Shown here: positions 19,371 to 30,466 of the stretch, one piece after another
Numbering within the stretch: the stretch's first letter is position 1
Layout: each line of letters starts with the position of its first letter
Assembly: GCF_988243305.1 (NCBI RefSeq)
Contig: NZ_OZ547136.1
Direction: 5' to 3' (one strand)
Length of the DNA stretch: 64,000 nucleotides
Notes under the pieces: generated by a model
Told to the model about the DNA's origin: nothing
The model's database searches: none
Seen by the model: the letters and a program-made list of their open reading frames with translations, nothing else
Translations under genes and position numbers: made by a program

Positions 19371-19940
19371 TTAACCTGCCGTAACACGCTTGCCGCTGGT
19401 AACAAACGTGCCAGCACCTAAATGATGCAACGTATTGAGTTTGTCATCATCAAACTGCCAGCGGCCTTCGACAAATACTCGTGCGTCTGCCGCTGCAGAT
19501 ACCACTTCGCCAAATAGCGTATCGTATTTTTCTTGCGCGGAAGTTGCAGGTAGCAGGCGACACTCCATCCACGCCAGACATTTTTCCTCGACCAGCGGCA
19601 AACCAAGCACCGGGCCTCTCACTACCGGAATGCCGTAGCAATTAAATTTATCTTCTTCACGACCCGACACACTTCCCACCGCCCACGTCCAGTTAGTTGC
19701 TGCAACGCCCGGGATAACGATGCCAAACTTACCATTACGTTCAATCAACTCCCTGGTCCATGTCGATTTATCTACCACAATCGCCACGCGTGGCGGTTCA
19801 AACTCCACCGGCATTGACCAGGCTGCTGCCATAATGTTACGCCGCTGGGATTGCTCATCGAAACTGGTGATCATGACAGTTGGGCCATGATTTAACAGAC
19901 GGCTGGCATGGTGTAATTCGACGGGAATGAATTGGCTCAC
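19371..19940 (-). CDS. yddH: Flavin reductase-like protein
   Basis: 189 aa; GTG start; flavin reductase-like fold pattern; position as in K-12. Confidence 0.8.
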   Translation of the reverse strand: MSQFIPVELHHASRLLNHGPTVMITSFDEQSQRRNIMAAAWSMPVEFEPPRVAIVVDKSTWTRELIERNGKFGIVIPGVAATNWTWAVGSVSGREEDKFNCYGIPVVRGPVLGLPLVEEKCLAWMECRLLPATSAQEKYDTLFGEVVSAAADARVFVEGRWQFDDDKLNTLHHLGAGTFVTSGKRVTAG

Positions 19941-20114
19941 GATATCGCCTCGCTATGAAGGGTGTTTTAAAAGCGTAGCTCGTAACGCAATAAGTAACGA
20001 AATTAACGGGATTGGCGATTTGCGAACGTGATGCATGTCCGCGATCGCACAAAATAGCCAGTGCGGCGTCTATTCCAGGTTATAAGTTGAGAAAACCACT
20101 AAGGGAAACGCCTG

Positions 20115-20960
20115 ATGACGCCCATTCTGAATCACTATTTTGCCCGTATTAACTGGTTGGGAGCTGCTGCGGCCAATATTGATACGCTGCGTGCATTGCA
20201 CCTGAAACACAATTGCACCATTCCGTTTGAAAACCTCGACGTTTTGCTGCCCAGGGAAATACAGCTTGATGATCAATCGCTGGAAGAGAAACTGGTGACA
20301 GCCCGTCGTGGCGGTTACTGTTTTGAGCAGAATGGCGTGTTTGAGCGGGTGTTACGCGAGCTGGGGTTTAACGTTCGCAGCTTGTTAGGGCGCGTAGTGT
20401 TATCAAATCCGCCAGCATTACCGCCGCGCACCCATCGTTTGTTGTTGGTGGAAGTGGAAGGGGAAAAATGGATTGCTGATGTCGGTTTCGGTGGACAGAC
20501 GCTAACCGCGCCGATTCGATTAGTTCCCGAGCTCGTGCAGACCACGCCACACGGAGAGTATCGGTTGTTGCAGGAGGGTGATGATTGGGTGTTGCAGTTT
20601 AATCATCATCAGCACTGGCAGTCGATGTACCGTTTTGATCTCTGCGAGCAGCAACAAAGCGATTATGTAATGGGCAATTTCTGGTCTGCGCACTGGCCGC
20701 AGTCGCATTTTCGCCATCATTTGCTGATGTGCCGCCATTTGCCGGACGGCGGCAAGCTGACACTGACCAATTTTCATTTTACCCATTATGAAGATGGGCA
20801 CGCGGTGGAACAGCGAAATCTACCAGATGTGGCGTCGATATATGCCGTGATGCAGGAACAGTTTGGTCTGGGGGTGGATGATGCGAAACATGGCTTTACT
20901 GTGGATGAGTTAGCGCTGGTGATGGCGGCGTTTGATACGCACCCGGAGGCGGGAAAATAA
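20115..20960 (+). CDS. nhoA: Arylamine N-acetyltransferase
   Basis: 281 aa; NAT family with catalytic Cys motif (RGGYCFEQN); ATG start. Confidence 0.9.
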   Translation: MTPILNHYFARINWLGAAAANIDTLRALHLKHNCTIPFENLDVLLPREIQLDDQSLEEKLVTARRGGYCFEQNGVFERVLRELGFNVRSLLGRVVLSNPPALPPRTHRLLLVEVEGEKWIADVGFGGQTLTAPIRLVPELVQTTPHGEYRLLQEGDDWVLQFNHHQHWQSMYRFDLCEQQQSDYVMGNFWSAHWPQSHFRHHLLMCRHLPDGGKLTLTNFHFTHYEDGHAVEQRNLPDVASIYAVMQEQFGLGVDDAKHGFTVDELALVMAAFDTHPEAGK

Positions 20961-20972
20961 TTTATGTCAGGT

Positions 20973-21040
20973 TGCCGGATGCGGCGTAAACGCCTTATCC
21001 GGCATACATAGACCTGATAAGCGAAGCGCATCAGGCAACG
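20973..21040. repeat. REP/BIME palindromic units
   Basis: gccggatgcggcgtaaacgccttatccggc ... ctgataagcgaagcgcatcaggca are typical E. coli REP sequences between convergent nhoA and yddE. Confidence 0.55.
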
Positions 21041-21043
21041 GTT

Positions 21044-21937
21044 TCAGAATTCAATTGCCCATTCGGCATGAAACAAAATCACCGCCGTGCCAGAAATGGT
21101 GACTTTCTCCGGTTGGTTATCACGAATTGTCACCGTCACTTCAATCACGCCGTCACGCCGCAATGCGCGCCCCTGATGGCCTTTAACATGCAACACGTTG
21201 CCATCGTGGGGCAATACATTGTGATGTACCAACCATGCACCCATCGGGCCATTGGCATTGCCGGTCACCGGATCTTCCACAATACCAATGGCAGGCGAGA
21301 ACATACGACCATCGGTTTCGTTTTTGCCTGGGCGGATCTGGAACGGGAAGAAACCATTGCAGCCAATCTGTTTGCTGATAGCGGTCAGCGCAGCAAGATC
21401 AGGCGAAAGGGCGTCGATATCCACTTCTGGTTTCAGTGGGATCATCACTTTTGAGTGTCCTGTGGTTGCCACCTGAATTGGCAAGCCTGGCAGAATATCG
21501 TCTTCAGTGAGATGAAGCGCGTTGATAATTGCCGTGCGAGCTTCACCTTCCAGCGGTGGCTCAAAGCCCGGCGGACCTTGTTCCAGTGAAATACGATAAT
21601 CATCATTGTGATTTTCGATAGTCACGCGATGTTTTCCTGCCAGTGACGTTTGCCAGACCGTGCAATTTCCTAAACCTACCACCTTCGCACGTACATAGTG
21701 CGCAGCTACTGTCGCGTGACCGCAAATAGGCACTTCAACCGTTGGCGTAAAGTAGCGGATGCGCACATCGCTGTCGTCGCTGTGCAGCAGAAAAGCAGTT
21801 TCGGAATGACCTAATTCGCGGGCGATAAGCTGCATTTGCGCTTCACTGAGATTATCGGCGGGGAAAACAACACCGGCAGAATTGCCGCGAAACGGTTGTG
21901 AGGTAAAAGCATCGACGTGGTACACCTGCGGTTTCAT
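21044..21937 (-). CDS. yddE: PhzF-family isomerase-like protein
   Basis: 297 aa; PhzF/DapF-like fold pattern; position as in K-12. Confidence 0.85.
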   Translation of the reverse strand: MKPQVYHVDAFTSQPFRGNSAGVVFPADNLSEAQMQLIARELGHSETAFLLHSDDSDVRIRYFTPTVEVPICGHATVAAHYVRAKVVGLGNCTVWQTSLAGKHRVTIENHNDDYRISLEQGPPGFEPPLEGEARTAIINALHLTEDDILPGLPIQVATTGHSKVMIPLKPEVDIDALSPDLAALTAISKQIGCNGFFPFQIRPGKNETDGRMFSPAIGIVEDPVTGNANGPMGAWLVHHNVLPHDGNVLHVKGHQGRALRRDGVIEVTVTIRDNQPEKVTISGTAVILFHAEWAIEF

Positions 21938-22015
21938 TAACGTTCTCCTGTGGCTGGAGAACTATCATAGCCTGCAAGTGGCCGGAGAGCGAAGGGCTAT
22001 CCGGCCAGGGTGAAA

Positions 22016-22696
22016 TTATCGCCGCGAGCGCACAATCTGATACCGACGAGTAAAGTACTCAAACGGCGCGCTCCACACATGCACCAGTCGGGTGAACGGG
22101 AAGAGCAGGAAGATGGTCATTCCCAACACCAGATGCAGGCGGAAAACGAACGCTACGCCGTTAAGCATTTCTGACGATCCACCACGGAAAGTGACAATGC
22201 TTTGCGCCCAACCCACCAGCTTCATCATTTCGCTACCATCAGGATACTGTGCTGAAAACGGTATGGTACTTAGCCCCAGCAGACACTGAATCAGCAAAAT
22301 GATCATGATGATAATATCCGGCGTAGTGGAAGTGGCACGCACGCGCTGATTTGTCAGCCTGCGCCACAGCAGTCCTGCGCCGCCAATCAGCGTCAATACA
22401 CCGCAAATACCACCGAGCACCATCGCCATCTGCTGTTTTACCGCCACCGGCAGAAACCACGCGTACATCCAGTGCGGCGTTAACATGCCGAACAGGTGCC
22501 CGAAGAAAATCCCCAAAATGCCGATATGGAACAGATTCGACCATATCACCATCCCGCGTTTATCGAGCATCTGACTCGAGGAGGCGCGCCAGGTATACTG
22601 CCCGTAGTCGTAGCGCAGCCAGCTGCCGAGGAAAAACACCGTCGCACAAATGTACGGGTAGATATCGTAAAAAAAGACGTTCAGATACTGAATCAT
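22016..22696 (-). CDS. narV: Nitrate reductase Z gamma subunit (cytochrome b)
   Basis: 226 aa multi-TM NarI-family protein, last gene of narZYWV. Confidence 0.9.
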   Translation of the reverse strand: MIQYLNVFFYDIYPYICATVFFLGSWLRYDYGQYTWRASSSQMLDKRGMVIWSNLFHIGILGIFFGHLFGMLTPHWMYAWFLPVAVKQQMAMVLGGICGVLTLIGGAGLLWRRLTNQRVRATSTTPDIIIMIILLIQCLLGLSTIPFSAQYPDGSEMMKLVGWAQSIVTFRGGSSEMLNGVAFVFRLHLVLGMTIFLLFPFTRLVHVWSAPFEYFTRRYQIVRSRR

Positions 22697-23388
22697 TTCC
22701 CACCTCCCGCACTGATGTCGACATATTGCGGCGCGACATCCTGGCTAAAGCGTCGCTGATATTGATTAAGCGGCGAGCTGTCACACGCCGTGGCGTTATC
22801 TTCAATAAACTTCACCTGTTCCTCTTCCCACACTGCATCAAGCGCCTGGCGGGTGTCATCGCGCTCCTCACTGTTCACCTGTTTTGTGACACTGTCACTT
22901 GAAAGTGTACTTCCTGCCAGTTGCAACAGGGTGTCAAATAACGCGTACCACGATGCCTCGCGTTGTTTTAAGCGTCCGCCAAGCAGGGCGAGGATCGGCG
23001 CAACGTTGAGCAAGCCTTCTTTCGCCTGATCGTCCGGCAGTACGCTTAAGTACTCCAGATACAGCGGTAGATAATCGGGCAGTTCTCGACAATCCAACTG
23101 CAGGCCAACCTTTTCATACTCCGCCAGCAGGTCCACCATTGCCTGGCCGCGATCGCGGGACTCGGCATGAACATGTTCGAACAGCAGCAGCGATGTGGTA
23201 CGTCCACGGTCAAACACTTCGCACCATTCGGCCTGTTTATCCAGCAGCGGCGCGTTAAGCAGGTTGCGGGTGAAATCCGTAAGCATCGGCGCGTCGCGGC
23301 GGATCAACGCCAGCGCGTCCTCCTTGCATTCCCACAACAGCTCGTCCGGATACTCCATCAACAGGCCGATCACTTTGAGGATCTGCAT
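22693..23388 (-). CDS. narW: Nitrate reductase Z assembly chaperone
   Basis: 231 aa NarJ-family; 4-nt overlap with narV. Confidence 0.9.
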   Translation of the reverse strand: MQILKVIGLLMEYPDELLWECKEDALALIRRDAPMLTDFTRNLLNAPLLDKQAEWCEVFDRGRTTSLLLFEHVHAESRDRGQAMVDLLAEYEKVGLQLDCRELPDYLPLYLEYLSVLPDDQAKEGLLNVAPILALLGGRLKQREASWYALFDTLLQLAGSTLSSDSVTKQVNSEERDDTRQALDAVWEEEQVKFIEDNATACDSSPLNQYQRRFSQDVAPQYVDISAGGGK

Positions 23389-24932
23389 TATTCGCCCTCC
23401 GCTTTGTCGCGCACTTCGGTGATGTTGATGGCATCGATACGGCTACTGTTGAACAGGTTGAATTTGCTGTCCGAACCGTGGCAACCGTCGCCAAAGGTAA
23501 AACCGCAGCCATTTCGTTCTGCGAAGGCATCGCCCGCCATTTCCCGATGGCTGGTCGGGATGACAAAACGATCTTCATAGTTGGCAATGGCGAGATAGCG
23601 ATACATCTCTTCGACCTGGATGACGCTCAGGCCTACTTCGTCGATGGCACGAGTATCAGTAACGCCTTCCACGGTTTGTGAACGCATATAGTGGCGCATC
23701 GCCATCATCCGTTTCAGCGCCCGCAGTACCGGACCGGTATCGCCAGCACTCAACATATTGGCGAGATATTGCACCGGAATACGCAGGCTTTCGATAGCAG
23801 GCAGCACGCCTTCGCTTTTCGGCAAACCGCCCGCATCAGCGTAAGACTGAATCGGTGACAGCGGAGGAACGTACCAGACCATCGGCAGGGTGCGATATTC
23901 AGGGTGCAGCGGTAGCGCCAGTTTCCAGTCCATCGCCATTTTGTAGACTGGCGAACGCTGGGCTGCTTCAATCACGTTTTGTGGAATACCTTGTTTCAGG
24001 GCTTCCTCGATCACTGAGGGATCGTGTGGATCGAGGAATACTTCGCACTGGCGTTCATAGAGGTCAACTTCGCGCTCGGTGCTCGCTGCTTCTTCGATGC
24101 GGTCGGCGTCGTAGAGCAGCACGCCCAGATACCGGATGCGACCCACGCAGGTTTCTGAGCACACGGTGGGTTGGCCTGACTCAATTCGTGGGTAACAGAA
24201 GATACATTTTTCTGACTTGCCGCTTTTCCAGTTGAAGTAGATTTTTTTGTACGGACAACCGCTAATGCACAAACGCCAGCCACGGCATTTATCCTGATCA
24301 ATCAGCACAATGCCGTCTTCTTCACGTTTGTAGATAGCACCGCTTGGGCAGGTCGCCACGCAGCTGGGATTGAGGCAGTGTTCGCATAGGCGCGGCAGGT
24401 ACATCATGAACGTGTTTTCAAACTGCCCGTACATCTCCTTTTGCATGGCCTCTAAGTTGCGGTCATGGGCGCGTTTTTCGAATTCGCCGCCCAACAATTC
24501 TTCCCAGTTTGGCCCCCAGATCACTTTGTCCATCCGTTTGCCGTCAATCAGTGAACGCGGGCGAGCAGTAGGGATATGTTTGCCTTCCGGTGCGCTATGC
24601 AAATGTTCGTAGTCGAAGGTGAAAGGTTCGTAGTAATCATCAATCTGCGGCACCACCGGGTTGGCGAAGATTTTGGTTATTACGCCCATCTTGCTGCCCA
24701 GACGCGGGCGGATCTTGCCATTCACATCACGCACCCAGCCGCCTTGCCACTCTTCCTGATCTTCCCAGTTTTTCGGATAACCAATGCCCGGTTTGGTTTC
24801 GACGTTGTTAAACCATGCGTACTCCATGCCTTCGCGTCCGGTCCAGACGTTTTTACAGGTCACCGAACAGGTATGGCAACCGATACATTTATCGAGGTTA
24901 AGCACCATGCCGACTTGCGAACGTATTTTCAT
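23388..24932 (-). CDS. narY: Nitrate reductase Z beta subunit (Fe-S)
   Basis: 514 aa with four Cys clusters (CIGCHTC..., CEHC..., CRGWRLC..., CIFCYPR...). Confidence 0.9.
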   Translation of the reverse strand: MKIRSQVGMVLNLDKCIGCHTCSVTCKNVWTGREGMEYAWFNNVETKPGIGYPKNWEDQEEWQGGWVRDVNGKIRPRLGSKMGVITKIFANPVVPQIDDYYEPFTFDYEHLHSAPEGKHIPTARPRSLIDGKRMDKVIWGPNWEELLGGEFEKRAHDRNLEAMQKEMYGQFENTFMMYLPRLCEHCLNPSCVATCPSGAIYKREEDGIVLIDQDKCRGWRLCISGCPYKKIYFNWKSGKSEKCIFCYPRIESGQPTVCSETCVGRIRYLGVLLYDADRIEEAASTEREVDLYERQCEVFLDPHDPSVIEEALKQGIPQNVIEAAQRSPVYKMAMDWKLALPLHPEYRTLPMVWYVPPLSPIQSYADAGGLPKSEGVLPAIESLRIPVQYLANMLSAGDTGPVLRALKRMMAMRHYMRSQTVEGVTDTRAIDEVGLSVIQVEEMYRYLAIANYEDRFVIPTSHREMAGDAFAERNGCGFTFGDGCHGSDSKFNLFNSSRIDAINITEVRDKAEGE

Positions 24933-27900
24933 TTTTTCGCCTCCTGTACCTGATCGCGACCTTCATCATCCAGCCAGTTAACGTTCTTCATCTTGCGGAT
25001 CATGATGAATTCGTCACGGTTCGAGCCGACGGTGCCGTAGTAATTAAAGCCCCAGGCCAGCTGCGCGTAACCGCCAATCATATGCGTTGGTTTCGGACAA
25101 ACGCGGGTGACCGAGTTATGAATGCCGCCGCGCATGCCAGTTACTTCCGAACCAGGAATATTCATAATGCGTTCCTGGGCGTGATACATCATGGTCATAC
25201 CCGGCGGTACACGTTGGCTGACCACCGCGCGGGCAGTCAGCGCGCCGTTGGCGTTAAACACTTCCACCCAGTCGTTATCGACAATGGTCAGTTCACGGGC
25301 ATCGGTTTCGCTAATCCAGACAATCGGTCCACCGCGAGAGAGCGTCAGCATTAGCAGGTTTTCACTGTAGGTTGAGTGAATGCCCCATTTCTGATGCGGC
25401 GTCAGGAAGTTAAGTGCTTTTTCCGGGAAGCCGTTTGGCGGTATCTGGCGCATTTCACTGACGCTACGGGTGTCGATAGGCGGGCGATAAGCCACCAGGC
25501 TTTCACCAAAGGCACGCATCCACGGATGATCCTGATAAAGCTGCTGGCGTCCCGACAGCGTGCGCCACGGAATTAACTCATGAACGTTGGTGTATCCCGC
25601 GTTATAGGAGACGTGATCGCTTTCCAGACCAGACCATGTGGGGCTGGAGATAATTTTACGTGGCTGCGCCTGAATATCGCGAAAGCGAATCTTCTCGTCC
25701 TCTTTGTGCAGCGCCAGATGGGTATGTTCGCGTCCGGTGATCTCGCCCAGCGCCTGCCACGCTTTGACTGCAACATGACCGTTGGTTTCCGGTGCCAGCG
25801 CCAGAATCACTTCTGATGCGTCAATGGCGGTGTCAATCAGCGGACGCCCCTGTGCCGGGCCTTCACGCTTGGTGTAGTTGAGTTTGCCGAGGAAATCGAT
25901 TTCATCCTGGGTATTCCACGAAATCCCTTTACCGCCGTTGCCAAGTTTGTCCATCAATGGCCCGAGCGAGGTAAAGCGTTCATAGGTAGCAGGGTAGTCG
26001 CGTTCCACCGCCACAATATTGGGCGCAGTTTTACCTGGAATCAGATCGCATTCGCCTTTGCGCCAGTCGAGCACTTCACACGGCTGTGAGAGTTCTGCCG
26101 GAGAGTCATGCAGCAGTGGTTGTAATACCACGTCGGTTTCTTTGCCAAGATGGCCCACGCACACTTGCGAAAAGGCTTTGGCAATACCTTTGTAGATTTC
26201 CCAGTCGCTGCGTGATTCCCACGCCGGATCGACCGCCGCAGATAGGGGATGAATAAACGGATGCATATCCGAGGTGTTCATATCGTCTTTTTCGTACCAG
26301 GTGGCGGTGGGCAGAACGATATCGGAGAACAGGCAGGTACTGGACATACGGAAGTCGAGCGTCACCAGCAGGTCGAGCTTGCCTTCAATCGCCGCAGTTT
26401 GCCACTCGACTTCTTCCGGTTTGATCCCGTCGCTGGCACCGAGTTCCTGACCCTGAATCCCACTTTCGGTTCCCAGCAGATACTTCTGCATATACTCGTG
26501 GCCTTTGCCGGAGGAGCCAAGCAGGTTAGAACGCCAGACAAACAAATTACGCGGATGATTGCTGCCGCTATCTGGTTGTTCGCAGGCCATGCGTAAATCG
26601 CCCGATTTCAGCGCCTGGGCGGTAAATTCTGTGGGGGATAATCCGGCCTTGTCGGCTTCAGCTTTAATCCCGAGCGGGTTACGCCCCAGCTGCGGCGCAG
26701 AAGGTAGCCAGCCCATACGTTCGGCACGAACGTTGAAATCAATCAGATGACCGCTGTACTTACTGGCATCGGCGAGCGGTGAAAGTAACTCCTGAGCAGA
26801 GACTTTTTCATAGCGCCATTGGCTGGAATGATTGTAGAAAAACGAGGTGCTGTTCATCTGGCGCGGTGGGCGGTTCCAGTCGAGCGCAAAGGCCAGCGGC
26901 AACCAGCCGGTTTGTGGGCGCAGTTTTTCCTGACCGACATAGTGTGCCCATCCGCCACCGCTTTGCCCGACACAACCGCAGAAGATCAGCATGTTGATCA
27001 TCCCACGGTAGTTCATGTCCATGTGGTACCAGTGGTTAACACCTGCGCCGAGGATAATCATCGAGCGCCCATGCGTTTTATGGGCAGTATCGGCAAATTC
27101 ACGAGCGATGGTTTCAATATACTGGCGCGGCACACCGGTAATTTGCTCACCCCAGGCTGGGGTGTACGGTTTGATTTCAGCGTAATCTTTCGCGCTGTTT
27201 TCATCTTCCAGCCCGCGATCGAGGCCGTAATTCGCCAGTACCAAATCATAAACGCTGACCACCGGACAGGTGCTGCCATCGGCTAATGTCAGGTTTTTAA
27301 CGGGTAATTGACGCACCAGGACAGGATTGTTTTTTACGCTGCGAAAATGCGGATTTTCGATGCCGCCAAAGTAGGGGAAAGCCACGCCTGCAACGGCGTC
27401 ATGTTGACCAAGCAGGGTTAATGACAATTCGGTTTCCGTACCGGCGGCAATAGATTCCAGATTCCATTTGCCTTTTTCTCCCCAGCGAAAACCAATCGAA
27501 CCGTTCGGCACCACCAGTTCACCTGCGGTATTAACTGCTACGGTTTTCCACTGCGGATTGTTGCTTTCGCCCAGTCCATCTACCAGGTCAGACGCGCGGA
27601 TCATGCGCCCGGGTACGTAGCTGCCATCGTCGCGAGGTTCCAGCATTACCAGCATCGGCATGTCGCTGTAGCGGCGGCAGTAGTTGATAAAGTAGTCGCT
27701 GGGATTATCGAGATGAAACTCTTTTAAAATCACATGGCCCATTGCCATCGCCAGGGCGCTATCAGTGCCTTGTTTTGGTGCCAGCCACTGGTCGCACAAT
27801 TTGGCCACTTCAGAGTAGTCAGGGGTAATGGCGATGGTTTTAGTGCCTTTGTAGCGTACTTCGGTAAAGAAGTGGGCGTCCGGCGTACGTGTCTGCGGTA

Positions 27901-28669
27901 CGTTAGACCCCCAGGCGATGATGTAGCTGGAGTTATACCAGTCGGCAGATTCCGGTACGTCGGTTTGCTCGCCCCAGGTCATCGGCGAGGCGGGCGGCAG
28001 GTCGCAATACCAGTCGTAGAAGCTTAAACAGGTGCCACCTAATAGTGAAAGATAACGTGTTCCGGCGGCGTAAGAAACCATCGACATCGCCGGGATCGGC
28101 GAGAAACCGGCAACGCGATCCGGGCCGTAGGTTTTGATGGTCCAGACGTTAGCGGCGGCAATCAACTGGTTTAGCTCCTGCCAGTTGGAGCGGATAAAGC
28201 CGCCGCGTCCACGTACTTGTTTGTAGCTCAGGCACTTTTGCGGATCGTTCATAATCGATGCCCACGCCAGTACCGGATCGCTGTGTTGCTTGAGGGCTTC
28301 GCGCCACAGTTTAATCAGTCGTTTACGAATGAGAGGGTATTTCAGGCGGTTAGCGCTGTAGAGATACCAGGAGTAACTCGCGCCGCGCGGGCAGCCGCGA
28401 GGTTCATGATTGGGCAGGTCAGGGCGAGTGCGCGGGTAGTCGGTCTGTTGGATTTCCCAGGTCACCAGACCATTTTTAACGTAGATTTTCCAGCTACAGG
28501 AGCCTGTACAGTTAACACCGTGGGTGGAACGCACGATTTTGTCGAACTGCCAACGCTGGCGATAGCTGTCCTCCCAGTCGCGGTTGCTATGCATCACCTG
28601 TCCGTGACCATCGGCAAAGGTTTCGCCCTTTTGTTTGAAGTAGCGAAAGCGATCCAAAAGTTTACTCAT
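24929..28669 (-). CDS. narZ: Nitrate reductase Z alpha subunit (Mo-bisMGD)
   Basis: ORF track 1287 aa; recognised NarZ begins at internal MSKLLDRFRYFKQKGETFADGHGQ (1246 aa), so start placed at 28669. Confidence 0.9.
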   Translation of the reverse strand: MSKLLDRFRYFKQKGETFADGHGQVMHSNRDWEDSYRQRWQFDKIVRSTHGVNCTGSCSWKIYVKNGLVTWEIQQTDYPRTRPDLPNHEPRGCPRGASYSWYLYSANRLKYPLIRKRLIKLWREALKQHSDPVLAWASIMNDPQKCLSYKQVRGRGGFIRSNWQELNQLIAAANVWTIKTYGPDRVAGFSPIPAMSMVSYAAGTRYLSLLGGTCLSFYDWYCDLPPASPMTWGEQTDVPESADWYNSSYIIAWGSNVPQTRTPDAHFFTEVRYKGTKTIAITPDYSEVAKLCDQWLAPKQGTDSALAMAMGHVILKEFHLDNPSDYFINYCRRYSDMPMLVMLEPRDDGSYVPGRMIRASDLVDGLGESNNPQWKTVAVNTAGELVVPNGSIGFRWGEKGKWNLESIAAGTETELSLTLLGQHDAVAGVAFPYFGGIENPHFRSVKNNPVLVRQLPVKNLTLADGSTCPVVSVYDLVLANYGLDRGLEDENSAKDYAEIKPYTPAWGEQITGVPRQYIETIAREFADTAHKTHGRSMIILGAGVNHWYHMDMNYRGMINMLIFCGCVGQSGGGWAHYVGQEKLRPQTGWLPLAFALDWNRPPRQMNSTSFFYNHSSQWRYEKVSAQELLSPLADASKYSGHLIDFNVRAERMGWLPSAPQLGRNPLGIKAEADKAGLSPTEFTAQALKSGDLRMACEQPDSGSNHPRNLFVWRSNLLGSSGKGHEYMQKYLLGTESGIQGQELGASDGIKPEEVEWQTAAIEGKLDLLVTLDFRMSSTCLFSDIVLPTATWYEKDDMNTSDMHPFIHPLSAAVDPAWESRSDWEIYKGIAKAFSQVCVGHLGKETDVVLQPLLHDSPAELSQPCEVLDWRKGECDLIPGKTAPNIVAVERDYPATYERFTSLGPLMDKLGNGGKGISWNTQDEIDFLGKLNYTKREGPAQGRPLIDTAIDASEVILALAPETNGHVAVKAWQALGEITGREHTHLALHKEDEKIRFRDIQAQPRKIISSPTWSGLESDHVSYNAGYTNVHELIPWRTLSGRQQLYQDHPWMRAFGESLVAYRPPIDTRSVSEMRQIPPNGFPEKALNFLTPHQKWGIHSTYSENLLMLTLSRGGPIVWISETDARELTIVDNDWVEVFNANGALTARAVVSQRVPPGMTMMYHAQERIMNIPGSEVTGMRGGIHNSVTRVCPKPTHMIGGYAQLAWGFNYYGTVGSNRDEFIMIRKMKNVNWLDDEGRDQVQEAKK

Positions 28670-28763
28670 GACATAACTCCTGCTCCAGGAATGAATTGGG
28701 ATCTGATGCCTTGTCGGATGCGACACGGTTGTAGCCTGATAAGACGTGTCAGGCATCGATCTC

Positions 28764-30152
28764 TTATTTTTGGCTGAACTTCCGCCGACCATAAACCAGC
28801 CAGGTCAGCAGCACACAAACGATGTAGAAGATTAAAAACACTTTCATCGCGCCTACCGGAGAGCCGGTCATATTGAGCGACATGCCAAACGCCTGCGGAA
28901 TGAAAAAGCCGCCCACTGCGCCAATGGCTGAGATAAAGCCCAGAGCCGCCGCCGTTTCGGTGACGGCTTCTCTCTGAGCTTGCTCATCACTACCGCCTTT
29001 CATCTTCACCCGATAAATGGTTATCTGGCGAAAGATGACGGCGATCATCTGGAAAGTAGAACCACTTCCCAGACCTGCGGTCAGAAACAACCCCATAAAT
29101 ACGGCGTAAAATGCGATGAAATTACCGGAGCCTGTGCCCGGTAAGGTAAGGAACAGCAGGGCGCTGAAAATCGCCATAAAAATGAAGTTGATCAACGTCA
29201 CCCGCACGCCGCCGAATTTATCGGAAATAGCACCACCAACCGACCGCGCGATGGCACCAATAAATGGGCCAAAGAACGCCAGGCGCAGAATATTCACATC
29301 AGGGAACTGAGTTTTCGCCAGCATGGCAAAACCCGCAGAAAAACCGATAAACGAACCGAAGGTGGCAAGGTAAAGCAGGCTCAGCAGCCAGAGATGCAGG
29401 CGTTGTAACACTGGCAGCTGGTCGGCAATTGACGCGCGTGAACTGGCGATATCATTCATCCCTGACCAGGCGGCGATCGTGGCAATCGCCAGTAATGGCA
29501 CCCAAATCCATGCGGCATTCGCCAGCGACATCACCGAACCGTCGGCCTGCGGTACGCCATTGACGCCGAGAAAGGCAAATACGGGTACAAAAATGACCAG
29601 CGGTGCAACCAGCTGCATCACACTTACACCTAAGTTTCCTAATCCGCCATTAATCCCAAGTGCGCTCCCTTGTTTGGCTTTTGGGAAGAAGAAACTGATA
29701 TTGCCCATGCTCGAAGCAAAGTTCGCACCTGCAAAACCGCATAGCAAAGCGATAACAATAAATATCCCAAAAGGAGTATTCGGATTCTGCACGGCAATTC
29801 CGAGCCAGACGCAAGGAATAATCAGGATTGCAGTACTAAAAACCGTCCATCGGCGTCCACCAAATATAGGCACCATAAAGGAGTAGGGGACACGCAATAA
29901 TGCGCCAGAAACGGAGGGTAATGCGGTTAATAAAAAGAGTTGATCGGTAGTGAAATTAAAACCGATTTTATTGAGATTAACAGTAACTGCGCTAAATAGC
30001 ATCCAGACACAGAAGGCAAGAAGTAGACAACTGACTGATATCCAGAGGTTTCTTCGAGCAATATGTTTTCCTTTATTTTCCCAGAAGGCCGGATTTTCTG
30101 GTTTCCAGTCGCGCAAAAGATAACGACTAGTTTTCTCATTTTGCAGTGCCAT
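28764..30152 (-). CDS. narU: Nitrate/nitrite transporter (MFS)
   Basis: ORF track 476 aa; start set at internal MALQNEKTSRYLL (462 aa); 12-TM NarK-family. Confidence 0.85.
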   Translation of the reverse strand: MALQNEKTSRYLLRDWKPENPAFWENKGKHIARRNLWISVSCLLLAFCVWMLFSAVTVNLNKIGFNFTTDQLFLLTALPSVSGALLRVPYSFMVPIFGGRRWTVFSTAILIIPCVWLGIAVQNPNTPFGIFIVIALLCGFAGANFASSMGNISFFFPKAKQGSALGINGGLGNLGVSVMQLVAPLVIFVPVFAFLGVNGVPQADGSVMSLANAAWIWVPLLAIATIAAWSGMNDIASSRASIADQLPVLQRLHLWLLSLLYLATFGSFIGFSAGFAMLAKTQFPDVNILRLAFFGPFIGAIARSVGGAISDKFGGVRVTLINFIFMAIFSALLFLTLPGTGSGNFIAFYAVFMGLFLTAGLGSGSTFQMIAVIFRQITIYRVKMKGGSDEQAQREAVTETAAALGFISAIGAVGGFFIPQAFGMSLNMTGSPVGAMKVFLIFYIVCVLLTWLVYGRRKFSQK

Positions 30153-30466
30153 ATTGTTCCTCACATGTACACATTGGTAATGAAAAAAAGACAAAACAGG
30201 AGGTAAGGCGCAATAGCCAGTTATTAGAATTAAGGATGAATTGGGTGAAGTGCTGATTGAAAGAATAGATAAGAAAGCGTAACCGCGGGGGCAGAATGGG
30301 GATTAAACAGACAGATATGTGTTACTAAATGTAACTAACAAGCTAACCATTAAACGGATGTTAACCTATGTATGCATGTCATGATCCAACCCTTCAGATG
30401 ATGAATCCAAAGGGTTTATATTTTTAACAAGACCAGACACTTATAGAATTAGTGATAATTTATTCA

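Noticed and set aside
24576-28777. Many + strand ORFs of 60-186 aa across narZ and narY
   Set aside because: Antisense to nitrate reductase Z genes; no independent support.
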